This document shows positions 1 to 8,566 of a stretch of DNA of 64,000 nucleotides, piece by piece. Position numbers and translations under genes: made by a program. Source of the DNA: an uncultured Candidatus Saccharibacteria bacterium (GTDB lineage: Bacteria; Patescibacteriota; Doudnabacteria; UBA920; 2-01-FULL-46-14); NCBI GenBank assembly GCA_964396685.1, contig CAYNFS010000001.1:16638-80637 (forward strand), written 5' to 3'. Each line of letters starts with the position of its first letter. The stretch's first letter is position 1. The notes beneath the pieces are model-generated. The model was not told the origin of the DNA. It ran no database searches and saw only the letters and a program-made list of their open reading frames with translations.

Positions 1-859
1 TTTGGTTGCGGAGTACCGTATAGTCGCCGATAACAGTTCCTCCGGCTTCGGCATCCTCTCTCCAGCCGTTTATCTGCTCGTCAGTGATTGGCAAAGGTAA
101 AGGATCAGGATCCGGTTCTCCAGGATAAGGAAAAGTTTCAGTGCCGGTAACTACGCAAGCGCTTTTTGTCGTATAATAGGCATTGCCGCTTATTGTACAA
201 TTGCTAATTGCATTGGCAAAGACACTTCCTGTGACCGTAAAATTATCCATAATCTGCCCGAACGCGCTGCCGCCAACAATGACTTGCGTGTCAATCTGGT
301 GGGCATGGGCGTGTCCGGAAACGGTCAGGCGATCAAAAATTCTCCCAAGCGCTCCTGCGGAAAAAGCATCGCCGGTGATTCTGGCTCCCGCTCCGCCGTC
401 TATCGGACCGTTGCTGTAGACATTGCCCAAGATGCTGGAATTATTGTCCATCACGAGTCCTCCGTCGCCGACCTGCACGCCGTAAAAAAAACTTGCCGAA
501 GTGGCGCTGATGCTAACAACGGCTCTGACCTCTTTTTGGGCCTTGGGCTGATTTTTCCCTGGAACATAACCAATTGCCGTAATTTCTTTTCGCGTGGGAT
601 TGATCGGAGCGACACTCACGTCAAACTCGCCTGTCGCGAGTACTGTGCCAGTCTCGCCTATGTAGTTTCCGGCAGTCTCGTTGAGCTTAAAGATTGCCTT
701 ATCTATGCCGGCATCAGCAAGCTGCAAGGCCTGTTCTTTGGCCAGCGCGTTTCTGGTGGCCGCGACGTTCTGAAAAACAAACCCCAAAAGGCCAATAGCC
801 AAAGCCAGGATCACCACCATGAAAATCAGCGAAATTATCAAAACCTGACCGCGTTGCAT
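1..859 (-). CDS. PilX-like / minor-pilin-like protein, C-terminally truncated by window start (N-terminus MQRGQVLIISLIFMVVILALAIGLLGF..., Gly-rich extracellular part)
   Basis: Checked codon by codon: the minus-strand frame starting at ATG 859-857 has no stop down to position 2. Single N-terminal TM helix resembles PilX_N. Sits directly downstream of two prepilin genes. Absent from the ORF track, presumably because it has no stop inside the window. Confidence 0.45.
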   Translation of the reverse strand, partial: MQRGQVLIISLIFMVVILALAIGLLGFVFQNVAATRNALAKEQALQLADAGIDKAIFKLNETAGNYIGETGTVLATGEFDVSVAPINPTRKEITAIGYVPGKNQPKAQKEVRAVVSISATSASFFYGVQVGDGGLVMDNNSSILGNVYSNGPIDGGAGARITGDAFSAGALGRIFDRLTVSGHAHAHQIDTQVIVGGSAFGQIMDNFTVTGSVFANAISNCTISGNAYYTTKSACVVTGTETFPYPGEPDPDPLPLPITDEQINGWREDAEAGGTVIGDYTVLRNQ

Positions 860-875
860 AAATTTTGCTCCTGAA

Positions 876-1427
876 TTATTTGTTGCGCAGGCTCGCCGAG
901 CCGGCAATTTGATCCGAAGCCGGGTATCTGCCAGTCTGCCGAACCTTAATTGTGTAATCCACTTTTCTTGCCAGTGATAAATCGGAATTGTCATAGGTAA
1001 AACTCAAGCTTGTCAAAGCCGGAGTTAGTTCGTGAAAGCGGGGCAGGCGGAGGCTTGAGGGATGAGGATCGACGATAAGAATCAGGCGATTTGCGGCATT
1101 TGGATCCTGCGCCACAATAACGTAATCAAAAATGCCGCTGATGATTTGTCCCTGCGAATTAATGGCCGGAATTTCCAAAACCAGCACTGTGGCACCAGTG
1201 GCATAGTTAACGCCGTCATAAACTCTTGAAGCCGCAAATTTTGTCGCCGCCCGGGTATACTCGTTGATGCGGTCCGCGGCCTCGCGGGTAGCATTATTGT
1301 TTAAAACTTTGCCCGACTCATTTTCGTAAAACTTGTTGTTGGACAAAAAAATCCCCACGCCTAAAGTGACTAATATCGCCAAAAGGAAAGTCACCACCAA
1401 AACTTCAGCCAATGTAAAGCCTCTCAT
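876..1427 (-). CDS. type IV prepilin / pseudopilin (N-terminal methylation motif GFTLAEVLVV)
   Basis: Class III signal-peptide motif G|FTL.E followed by a hydrophobic helix. In an operon with PilB/PilC. Confidence 0.7.
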   Translation of the reverse strand: MRGFTLAEVLVVTFLLAILVTLGVGIFLSNNKFYENESGKVLNNNATREAADRINEYTRAATKFAASRVYDGVNYATGATVLVLEIPAINSQGQIISGIFDYVIVAQDPNAANRLILIVDPHPSSLRLPRFHELTPALTSLSFTYDNSDLSLARKVDYTIKVRQTGRYPASDQIAGSASLRNK

Positions 1428-1840
1428 TGCTTATTTAATCCGTTTTTACTCATCAAAGTTTCAAGCGCCACGCTCTTGGCGGGTCCCACCGGATCAGTCC
1501 AGACCACAGTCACGGTCACTTTTTTGATGTCGCTTGCTCCTTCATAATCGGCAACTGTAAGCGCGCCGCTTGCGTTTTCGAGCTTGTTTAAGGCTGGATC
1601 AGAAAAAGAGCCGCTTGATGGGAGGGAATTAAAAGGCGTATTGCGCAGTTCCTCAATTTTTTTGGCGGCGATGTGGTAGGCCAAGTTTTGGTTTCTTGCG
1701 GCTTTGGTTAAAGGAATTGAGGAAAGAACCGAGCTGAAAATTATGATGGTGGCCATCAGCAGGGCCAAAGCAATGATCACCTCTATCAAAGTAAACCCCG
1801 TCACCACTCTAACATCATGTCGCGAGTGGCATTGGGTCAT
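1424..1840 (-). CDS. type IV prepilin-like protein (leader MTQCHSRHDVRVVTG|FTLIEV); ORF extends to 1960 but the likely start is ATG 1840
   Basis: GFTLIEV(I)IAL motif with Glu at +5. Starting at 1960 would give a 62-aa leader, atypical for prepilins. ATG 1840 gives a 15-aa leader. Confidence 0.6.
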   Translation of the reverse strand: MTQCHSRHDVRVVTGFTLIEVIIALALLMATIIIFSSVLSSIPLTKAARNQNLAYHIAAKKIEELRNTPFNSLPSSGSFSDPALNKLENASGALTVADYEGASDIKKVTVTVVWTDPVGPAKSVALETLMSKNGLNKQ

Positions 1841-1920
1841 TCTGCTTCGCGTTTCTTCAGACCATTCATCCACGGGTTTACACTCGTTATATTCTGGTGA
1901 CGGGGTAAACCCCAAAAGAA

Positions 1921-1948
1921 TTTTTGATTTTTGATTTTTGATTTTTGA
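1921..1948. repeat. heptanucleotide tandem repeat (tttttga)x4 between PilC stop and pilin start
   Basis: Four perfect 7-mer units read directly from the sequence. Lies 9 nt after the pilC stop, in the putative pilin promoter/5' region (or in the N-terminal extension if ATG 1960 is used). Confidence 0.9.
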
Positions 1949-1956
1949 TATTTTTA

Positions 1957-3171
1957 TCATAGGTTCTGTCCGATATTGTAAATCGGCAAAATGAGTCCCA
2001 CGGCCAAGACGCCAACTACGGCGCCGATCAAAATGACCAGGACAGGCTCAATTATGGATGAGAGATTTTTGACGGTGTCGTCAATTTCCGCCTCGTAAAA
2101 ATTGGAAACTTCCGCCAACACCTTTTCCATGGTTCCTGTCTCCTCGCCGACCTGAATCATCTGCGTTACCATCGGGGTGAAAAGTTTGGGATATTTCTCC
2201 AAAACCACCACCAAATCAACCCCGACTTTCACTTTTTCGGAAGCGTCGGCTATGGCTTGCCGGTAGTAAACATTGTTCATGGTGTCGCTGGTAATCTTCA
2301 AAGCCTCGACAATCGGCATGCCGGAACGAAGAAGGCCGCTAAAAATGATAGTAAACCTCGCCAGATTGAGTTTTTTCACGATTTTGCCGATGATCGGCAG
2401 ACTTAGATTGAGCTTATGAAAAAACGCGTGGCCTGATGCGGTTTTGTGCCAAAACCATATCCCGAATACCGACACTGCGATAACCGCCAAAAGGACCAGC
2501 GAATAGCTCGCGAATAAGTCCACAATCCTGATGATGATTTTGGTGAGCACCGGCAATTCGGCATCGAACTCCTGGAATGTTGAGGTTAGCTTCGGCAGAA
2601 CGAAGGAAAACATGATATAGCCGATGATGAGCAACGCAGCCATCACGACTGCCGGATAGGTGAGCGCCCCTTTGGTGCGGCGCAACAAATTGTAATCACG
2701 CCCTATCTGGGTGCCCAGATACTCCAAGGTTTTATCCAGCTCGCCGCTTTGTTCTCCAACCTTGACCATATTGACAAAGATGGCAGAAAAAATATTGGGA
2801 TATTCACCCAGGCTTTCAGACAAAGTTTTGCCGCCTTCCACATTGTGCGCCACCGCGCTGATGACATTCCGAAAATAGGGATTCGGCATTTGTCTCGTCA
2901 GCACAAGCAAAGCTTTGGATACCGGAAGGCCGGCTTTGATGGTTACGGCCAGGTTGTTTATAAAAGTCAGCTTCTCCAGCAATGAAACATGAGAAAAAAT
3001 TACGTTTAAGGCTCGACTTCTCAAGGAGCCCAGTCTTCGTTCCTCAATTGAAGTAGGAAGCAGGCCCTTGCTTCTTAGAGCCTGCCCTACTGCTTCCCGG
3101 GACGGCGCTTCTGCGATGTCCGAGACCATTTTGCCTTCCTGGTCCCGCGCTGTATATATAAATTCAGGCAT
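1957..3171 (-). CDS. pilC: type II secretion / type IV pilus platform protein PilC/GspF family
   Basis: Two T2SSF-like repeats and polytopic membrane segments. Adjacent to a GspE-type ATPase. Stop overlaps ATG 1960 (ATGA). Confidence 0.85.
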   Translation of the reverse strand: MPEFIYTARDQEGKMVSDIAEAPSREAVGQALRSKGLLPTSIEERRLGSLRSRALNVIFSHVSLLEKLTFINNLAVTIKAGLPVSKALLVLTRQMPNPYFRNVISAVAHNVEGGKTLSESLGEYPNIFSAIFVNMVKVGEQSGELDKTLEYLGTQIGRDYNLLRRTKGALTYPAVVMAALLIIGYIMFSFVLPKLTSTFQEFDAELPVLTKIIIRIVDLFASYSLVLLAVIAVSVFGIWFWHKTASGHAFFHKLNLSLPIIGKIVKKLNLARFTIIFSGLLRSGMPIVEALKITSDTMNNVYYRQAIADASEKVKVGVDLVVVLEKYPKLFTPMVTQMIQVGEETGTMEKVLAEVSNFYEAEIDDTVKNLSSIIEPVLVILIGAVVGVLAVGLILPIYNIGQNL

Positions 3172-3172
3172 T

Positions 3173-4915
3173 TTACTCCTTCGTCACCCTTAAGATTTCG
3201 GAGATTGTTGTAAGCCCCATATGGGCTTTGATGAATCCGTCCTGCCACATCAAAATCATGCTCTCCTCCACAGCCCGCTCTTGGATTTGACTGGTCGCCG
3301 CTCGAGACAGAATAAGTTTGGCAATGTTTTCCGTGATATCCAAGACTTCATAAATGCCGATCCGGCCCCGAAAACCCGTGCGGGAGCATTTTTCGCATCC
3401 TTTGCCGTGGTAAAAATCCACGTCTTTGAGATTTTTGGCTTTTTTGTCCAAAACCCCTTCCCGCTTCATCACTTCCATAAGGTGCAGGAGATCAAAATCC
3501 AAAGATAAACTCTGAACGGTCTTTTCGTCCAGACGCATCGGAGTTTTGCAGTCCTGACAGATTCTGCGCACCAGCCGTTGTCCCACAATGGTATGGATGG
3601 TTGAGGCAATTAAGTATGGTTCAACCCCAATGTCCAAAAGACGGGGAAGAGCCCCGGCCGCATTATTGGTGTGAAGCGTGGAAAGCACGATGTGGCCGGT
3701 CATAGCGGCGTGCACCGCTTCTTCGGCTGTTTCCAGATCGCGGATCTCCCCGATCATGATGATATTGGGATCCTGCCGCAAAAGAGCGCGCAGCCCCACC
3801 GCAAAAGTGAGGCTGATTCTGGGATTGACCTGCATTTGATTGACTCCCGGGACACGGTACTCAATCGGATCCTCAATGGTGCTGATATTTACCGATTTTG
3901 TATTTAATTTGCTCAAAATAGTATACAGTGTCGTGGATTTACCAGAACCGGTGGGGCCGGTAATAAGCGTCATGCCGTGAGGTCTGCTTAAATTTCGCTT
4001 GATGACCTCAAGAGAGGTCCTGGCAAAGCCCAAATCTTCAAAGGTCAAAGCTTTGGCCCCCTCATCCAGAAGCCGCATTACTACTTTTTCCCCGTCAAAC
4101 ACCGGGATGGTGGAAACGCGAAACGAGATATTGTATTCGTCAGTCTGAAGCTTAAAGCGGCCATCTTGGGGAAGACGATGCTCGTCAATTTTGAGATTGG
4201 ACAGAACCTTGATCCGGGCGATTAGTGCCGGCTGAATGACTTTCGGCAAGGTCATGACATCGTGCAAAATGCCGTCGATGCGGTAACGCACTGTCACTTC
4301 TTTTTCCTGCGGCTCAATGTGGATGTCCGAGGCCCCTTCAAAAATGGCGTACTCAAGCAGAGTATCCACCACCCGCACCACCGGAACTTCCTCCGCCATT
4401 TTTTTGAGCTCCTGACCTTCTTCCGCAGGCGCCGCTTTTTCCGCTTTTTTCGTGGTGAGGATTTTTTCAAACTCGGCCTTGAGGCTGGTATGATACTGGG
4501 AAAGCGCGTAGTCCATCCCGGTTTTGGTGGCCAAATACGGCTTGATTACAAAACCGGTTTTCTTTTTGACAAACTCCCTGGTTTGCAAATCCTCGGGATC
4601 AGTCATAGCCAAGTCAAGCTCGTTGCCCTTTTTGCGAAAAGCGATCACCTGATGACGGCGAGCTATTGGCTCGGGTATGATTTTTAAATCTTCCTGCGCA
4701 ATTTTTACCTTTGTCAGATCCGCAAACTCCACTTGCAGAAAATCGCTGACGAGCTTTGCGAGCTTGTCTTCCGGAATGATCTTGCGCACCACCAAATAGG
4801 AAGCCAGATTCTGATTTTTGCTCTCGGCCTCGGCTTTGAGTTTTTCAAAATCCTGCTCCGCGATAATTTTCTGCCCGACCAGAATTTTTTTCAGGTCAGT
4901 TGAAGCAAGCGCCAT
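3173..4915 (-). CDS. pilB: type IV pilus assembly ATPase PilB (GspE family, with N-terminal GSPII_E_N domain)
   Basis: Walker A GPTGSGKST, Asp and His boxes, C-terminal tetracysteine (CQDC...CEKC), N-terminal GspE_N-like region. Confidence 0.9.
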   Translation of the reverse strand: MALASTDLKKILVGQKIIAEQDFEKLKAEAESKNQNLASYLVVRKIIPEDKLAKLVSDFLQVEFADLTKVKIAQEDLKIIPEPIARRHQVIAFRKKGNELDLAMTDPEDLQTREFVKKKTGFVIKPYLATKTGMDYALSQYHTSLKAEFEKILTTKKAEKAAPAEEGQELKKMAEEVPVVRVVDTLLEYAIFEGASDIHIEPQEKEVTVRYRIDGILHDVMTLPKVIQPALIARIKVLSNLKIDEHRLPQDGRFKLQTDEYNISFRVSTIPVFDGEKVVMRLLDEGAKALTFEDLGFARTSLEVIKRNLSRPHGMTLITGPTGSGKSTTLYTILSKLNTKSVNISTIEDPIEYRVPGVNQMQVNPRISLTFAVGLRALLRQDPNIIMIGEIRDLETAEEAVHAAMTGHIVLSTLHTNNAAGALPRLLDIGVEPYLIASTIHTIVGQRLVRRICQDCKTPMRLDEKTVQSLSLDFDLLHLMEVMKREGVLDKKAKNLKDVDFYHGKGCEKCSRTGFRGRIGIYEVLDITENIAKLILSRAATSQIQERAVEESMILMWQDGFIKAHMGLTTISEILRVTKE

Positions 4916-7156
4916 TTATTTTTTGCACTTTGTTTCAAGCTCTTTCAAAAACTCCTGCCCTTCTTGCTGAAAGACAGGATTAAGCCTAATGGTTTCCAAA
5001 ACTTGAATGCGCGCGTTGTCGGTATCGCAAATCTCGCCATAAGCCACCGCAAGTTTGGCGTGAAGCTCGGCATTTTGCGGATCCAACTCTGCGGCTTTTT
5101 GGTAGCTTTCCGCCAATTTGAAATTATCCCCTGCCTCCAAATAGGCTCTGGCCAAATTGGTATAATCTCTGGAAGTAAGCTCGTATCCTAACTCTTTAAG
5201 TTTTGCCAGTTCCTCGGTAGCGATGTCCTCCCGTTTCGCGATAATCCCGGCCAGCAGGTAATTAAAATGCGACTCTTTGGGCTCGGGATTCTGGGCAATC
5301 GCCGATCTAAAGTACTCAAGGCCCTCTTCAAACTGCTTTTTGGAAAAAGCCGCTTGACCCAATTCAAAATAAATTTGGGGCCTCGTGGGAGAAAGCGCCA
5401 AGGCCTTTTGCCCCAAACTTAGCGCCTCGTCAATCATTTGTTGATTGCCCGTAAAGCGGTTTATCACGCTTACGAGATACAAATAATTTTTGACATCTTC
5501 CGGAAAATCTCTGATGCTTTTTCTAAGCTCGTCCATTACATATTGATAGACCTCGCTTTGCTCTTGAGAAGAAAGCTGTCCCGAGAACACAGCTTCGCTG
5601 GCATAATCCACCAGCCTCTGCCGGATTTCTTCATCCATATAAGTCCCGTAAGATAGGGCTTTTTTGAAAGTCGGCAAAACTTCCCGGTACTGCTTGACTT
5701 TTGCGGCCTTGATCCCTTGGGTCGTATAGTAGTTTGCAAAAGCGGGTCTCAAGTTTACGAAGAGAGCCGCAAAAAACATCAAGACGGCTAAGATCGTCGG
5801 CATCACAAAGCCCGGATGATAACCGGTGCGAGCTTTGGCCGGAGAAGATGACAGATATTGATTCGTCAAAAAAGCGATGTTGCCAAAAAGCAAAAATGAA
5901 AGCATGTAAGTTGCTTGTGTGTCAAACACAAAAAGATTCTGCAGGAAATAACCTGCCAGAAGCACGCCCAAAATTAAAATCATTCTAGGTTCCAAGTCCG
6001 GAGGCTTTTGAAGCCAAAGTTTAAATAAAATCCAGAAAGCCGCCGCAAACATGACAAGATACGCCAAAAAACCAATCAAACCGGCTTGTACCAGAACGTC
6101 AAAGACCACGTTGTGGGCGCGGTCAAACCAGATTTGACTGCCCTGATCTTTGAAAATTCGGGCTGGAAAATATTTGTTGAAGGCAATGTGATAATTTTCA
6201 TAGCCCCAGCCGAAAACCGGTCGGTCTTTGAACGCCTGGTAAGAAGCATTCCAGGTGTCCAAGCGCGACTGGGTCGTGATATCCCTTGGCGAAATGGTCG
6301 CAAGCCTGTAAAGCGTGTTGCTTCGGCTCACCCAGGAAGCGTCGCGGTTGAAATACAAAATGAAACCAAACGCCAAAAGCAAAGCCAAAAAGCCAAGCGA
6401 GAGGATTTTGGTCTTGCGTTTTTGGGATTTAAAGACATTGACTAAAAAATATAAACCGAAAGCCAGAGCCGCCGCCAGAATCGCCCCTCGAGTCTCTGTT
6501 TGGTACAGGATGTATAGTTCAAACCAAAACACAAACCAAAGATATACGCGCTGCGTTTTGGATTTTGCCTCCTGCAGGAGGTAGAGGGAAAGAAAAACTC
6601 CAAATAGCATCACTGCCGCAAAAAACGAAGCGTTGCCGATGGTGCCCACGATCCGGCCGCCGCGGAAAATGTTTGAAAGAATTGGCAAATCCAAAAGCTG
6701 GCTTAATCCCACCAAGGCGTTCAAAAAAGTCATGGTAATGGCGGCCAACAAATACCTGTGCCAATCGCGGCGAGTCTGAAATACCGCCGGCAAAATCGTA
6801 AAGTAAGCCGCGAAATGAAGTATGGTAACAAGCCCCTCGCCCCGCTCGATCGTCCCCCAGAAACTGTGGTTGAAATTCACGCCAAAAAGGCTTGCGACAA
6901 AAATTACACCGATATAAATCCATACTGCTTTTGTCAGCCAATTCCACTTAATTCTCAATTCCGGGTACTTTACGGCCAAAACCGCATAAACCACGACGGC
7001 CAGTTCCACCAAAAGCCTGAAATACAAAATTTTCGTGGTAATAAATGGAAACAAAAAAACGCTCCACACCAGAAGCGGCATGACGAGCAAGGCATACAGA
7101 ATTAATCTTAGGAGTTTATACCACTTATTTGTTTCCAGCGCGTCACTGTTTGCCAT
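4916..7156 (-). CDS. O-antigen ligase (Wzy_C) family polytopic membrane protein with C-terminal TPR domain; candidate O-oligosaccharyltransferase/ligase
   Basis: Wzy_C-type segment (ETRGAIL..., FGWGYENY...AHNVVFDVLVQAGLIGFL), more than 10 TM helices, C-terminal TPR repeats. Immediately upstream of pilB. Confidence 0.7.
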   Translation of the reverse strand: MANSDALETNKWYKLLRLILYALLVMPLLVWSVFLFPFITTKILYFRLLVELAVVVYAVLAVKYPELRIKWNWLTKAVWIYIGVIFVASLFGVNFNHSFWGTIERGEGLVTILHFAAYFTILPAVFQTRRDWHRYLLAAITMTFLNALVGLSQLLDLPILSNIFRGGRIVGTIGNASFFAAVMLFGVFLSLYLLQEAKSKTQRVYLWFVFWFELYILYQTETRGAILAAALAFGLYFLVNVFKSQKRKTKILSLGFLALLLAFGFILYFNRDASWVSRSNTLYRLATISPRDITTQSRLDTWNASYQAFKDRPVFGWGYENYHIAFNKYFPARIFKDQGSQIWFDRAHNVVFDVLVQAGLIGFLAYLVMFAAAFWILFKLWLQKPPDLEPRMILILGVLLAGYFLQNLFVFDTQATYMLSFLLFGNIAFLTNQYLSSSPAKARTGYHPGFVMPTILAVLMFFAALFVNLRPAFANYYTTQGIKAAKVKQYREVLPTFKKALSYGTYMDEEIRQRLVDYASEAVFSGQLSSQEQSEVYQYVMDELRKSIRDFPEDVKNYLYLVSVINRFTGNQQMIDEALSLGQKALALSPTRPQIYFELGQAAFSKKQFEEGLEYFRSAIAQNPEPKESHFNYLLAGIIAKREDIATEELAKLKELGYELTSRDYTNLARAYLEAGDNFKLAESYQKAAELDPQNAELHAKLAVAYGEICDTDNARIQVLETIRLNPVFQQEGQEFLKELETKCKK

Positions 7157-7197
7157 GATTTAATTTTACTAAATTTTCCCCAATCGGTCAATGCGCT

Positions 7198-7602
7198 TTA
7201 TTTCTTTCTCTTTCTGGCCAATTGGCGCACAGCCGGTTCGTCAAAGCCGAAATGATGGGCGACTTCATGCCAGACCGTGTCTTTGACCAGCTTTTTTATT
7301 CTTTCAGGATCCGAGCCTGACGCCATCTCCACGGGCTTTTGAAAAATCGTGATCTTGTCAGGTAAAACCATCGTATAAAAAGGCCCTCTTTTGGTCCGCG
7401 GCACCCCTTCATAAAGACCCAAAAGCAGGTCTCCTCTTAGCGTCCCACCCTTGCTCATCTGCTCTTTAGTAGGAAAATCCTCTATGACGATTCCCACATT
7501 ATCCATGAGCCTGCGCAACCGTTTGGGAATATCAAGCAGGGCATTTCTTACTAATTGTTCAAAGTCTTCCCGCGACATGGGTTTACTCACCCTCATCATC
7601 AA
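7198..7602 (-). CDS. zincin-like metallopeptidase family protein (HEVAHHFG motif)
   Basis: HExxH-type motif HEVAHHFGFDE in a protein of about 130 aa, typical of the Zincin_1 'possible metallopeptidase' family. Confidence 0.6.
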   Translation of the reverse strand: MMMRVSKPMSREDFEQLVRNALLDIPKRLRRLMDNVGIVIEDFPTKEQMSKGGTLRGDLLLGLYEGVPRTKRGPFYTMVLPDKITIFQKPVEMASGSDPERIKKLVKDTVWHEVAHHFGFDEPAVRQLARKRKK

Positions 7603-8479
7603 CCTGATTTTCTAACTGGTGCAGACTGTCTAGCATATGAAATACGGCGGCGTATTTTTCCAAATAACTTTTTAAGCGATATTTCTCTTCCAAAATCCTG
7701 TTCGTTTGAACCCACTCCTTGCCTATCCTGTCCCATTCCACGTCTTTGTGAAAAGCATGCGGCAAAGGATTTTGTCCATTTACACGAAACCTGCTGATTA
7801 GTGTCAGAGCAGCTCTGAAATTTGCTTTTTCAAGATCATCTACCTCTTGATTATTTGTCTCCCGAATTTTTGCCCATCCGCCCGCAACCCCGGCGCCCGC
7901 AAGCCCTCCAGCCATGGAGGCTAAAAACTTCCTGCGCGTAATGCCCTTTTCAGGGGCTAAATCCTCTTCCTTCGCCCTCTTTCTGGAAAGCTCGGGTGAG
8001 GCAAGAATGCTGGCTACACCGCTTCCGGCAAGACTGCCGTACAGGGCGGCACGCAGAATTTTTTCTTTTGCCTTTTTCGACCTTGTACTCTCAACTACAG
8101 GCGCTACGGCCTGAATACCCCGGATAAGCTCCGGCTTTAATTTCTCCACTACTTGTTCAACGGCAAGCTTCTTTCGGCCGAGTCTTTTTACAATTTCTTT
8201 TTTCAGCCCTTCTTCGAAGTTGCGAATTTCTTGCACTTCCTGTTCAGGCTTTAATACCCTCGGCTTAATATCAGGCTTTTTCGAAAATTTAATCTCGGCC
8301 TTGAGAACTTGCTCCGGCAACGATTCCGCCACCTTGCCGGAGACGCTGGCTGAACCCAAAATCGCTCCCGCCTTCAAAAATTCTGCAAGATGTGTTTTTT
8401 TCTCGTTGCTTTCCGCCTCTGGTTCTTTCGGCTGTCCTTCATATTCTTCTGGAATAAATCCCGGGGTTTCTTGGGTCAT
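7583..8479 (-). CDS. hypothetical protein, Lys/Glu-rich, with an internal twin-arginine-like motif TRRKFLASMAGGLAGAG
   Basis: Long ORF with a coherent low-complexity charged N-terminus. No recognisable domain. Confidence 0.35.
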   Translation of the reverse strand: MTQETPGFIPEEYEGQPKEPEAESNEKKTHLAEFLKAGAILGSASVSGKVAESLPEQVLKAEIKFSKKPDIKPRVLKPEQEVQEIRNFEEGLKKEIVKRLGRKKLAVEQVVEKLKPELIRGIQAVAPVVESTRSKKAKEKILRAALYGSLAGSGVASILASPELSRKRAKEEDLAPEKGITRRKFLASMAGGLAGAGVAGGWAKIRETNNQEVDDLEKANFRAALTLISRFRVNGQNPLPHAFHKDVEWDRIGKEWVQTNRILEEKYRLKSYLEKYAAVFHMLDSLHQLENQVDDEGE

Positions 8480-8566
8480 ATCTTGATGTTATCATATGCA
8501 AAGCTTTCTCTCCAAACCTGCGAACCTTTGTCCATCGCCTTGATTTTTGCTATACTGACCGCCAGC

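Noticed and set aside
284-874. Plus-strand 196-aa ORF from the track
   Set aside because: Low-complexity translation. It is antisense to a better-supported minus-strand ORF (TM helix plus operon context with the pilins), which is open to the window edge.
1841-1960. Treating the 62-aa N-terminal extension of the second prepilin as coding
   Set aside because: Prepilin leaders are short. The extension is mostly encoded by the (tttttga)4 repeat, and ATG 1840 gives a canonical 15-aa leader.
8390-8566. N-terminal extension of the sugar-transferase ORF
   Set aside because: Overlaps the upstream gene's 5' end by 90 nt and encodes an implausible Phe/Trp-rich leader. Internal ATGs at 8486 or 8567 give a typical WbaP N-terminus.
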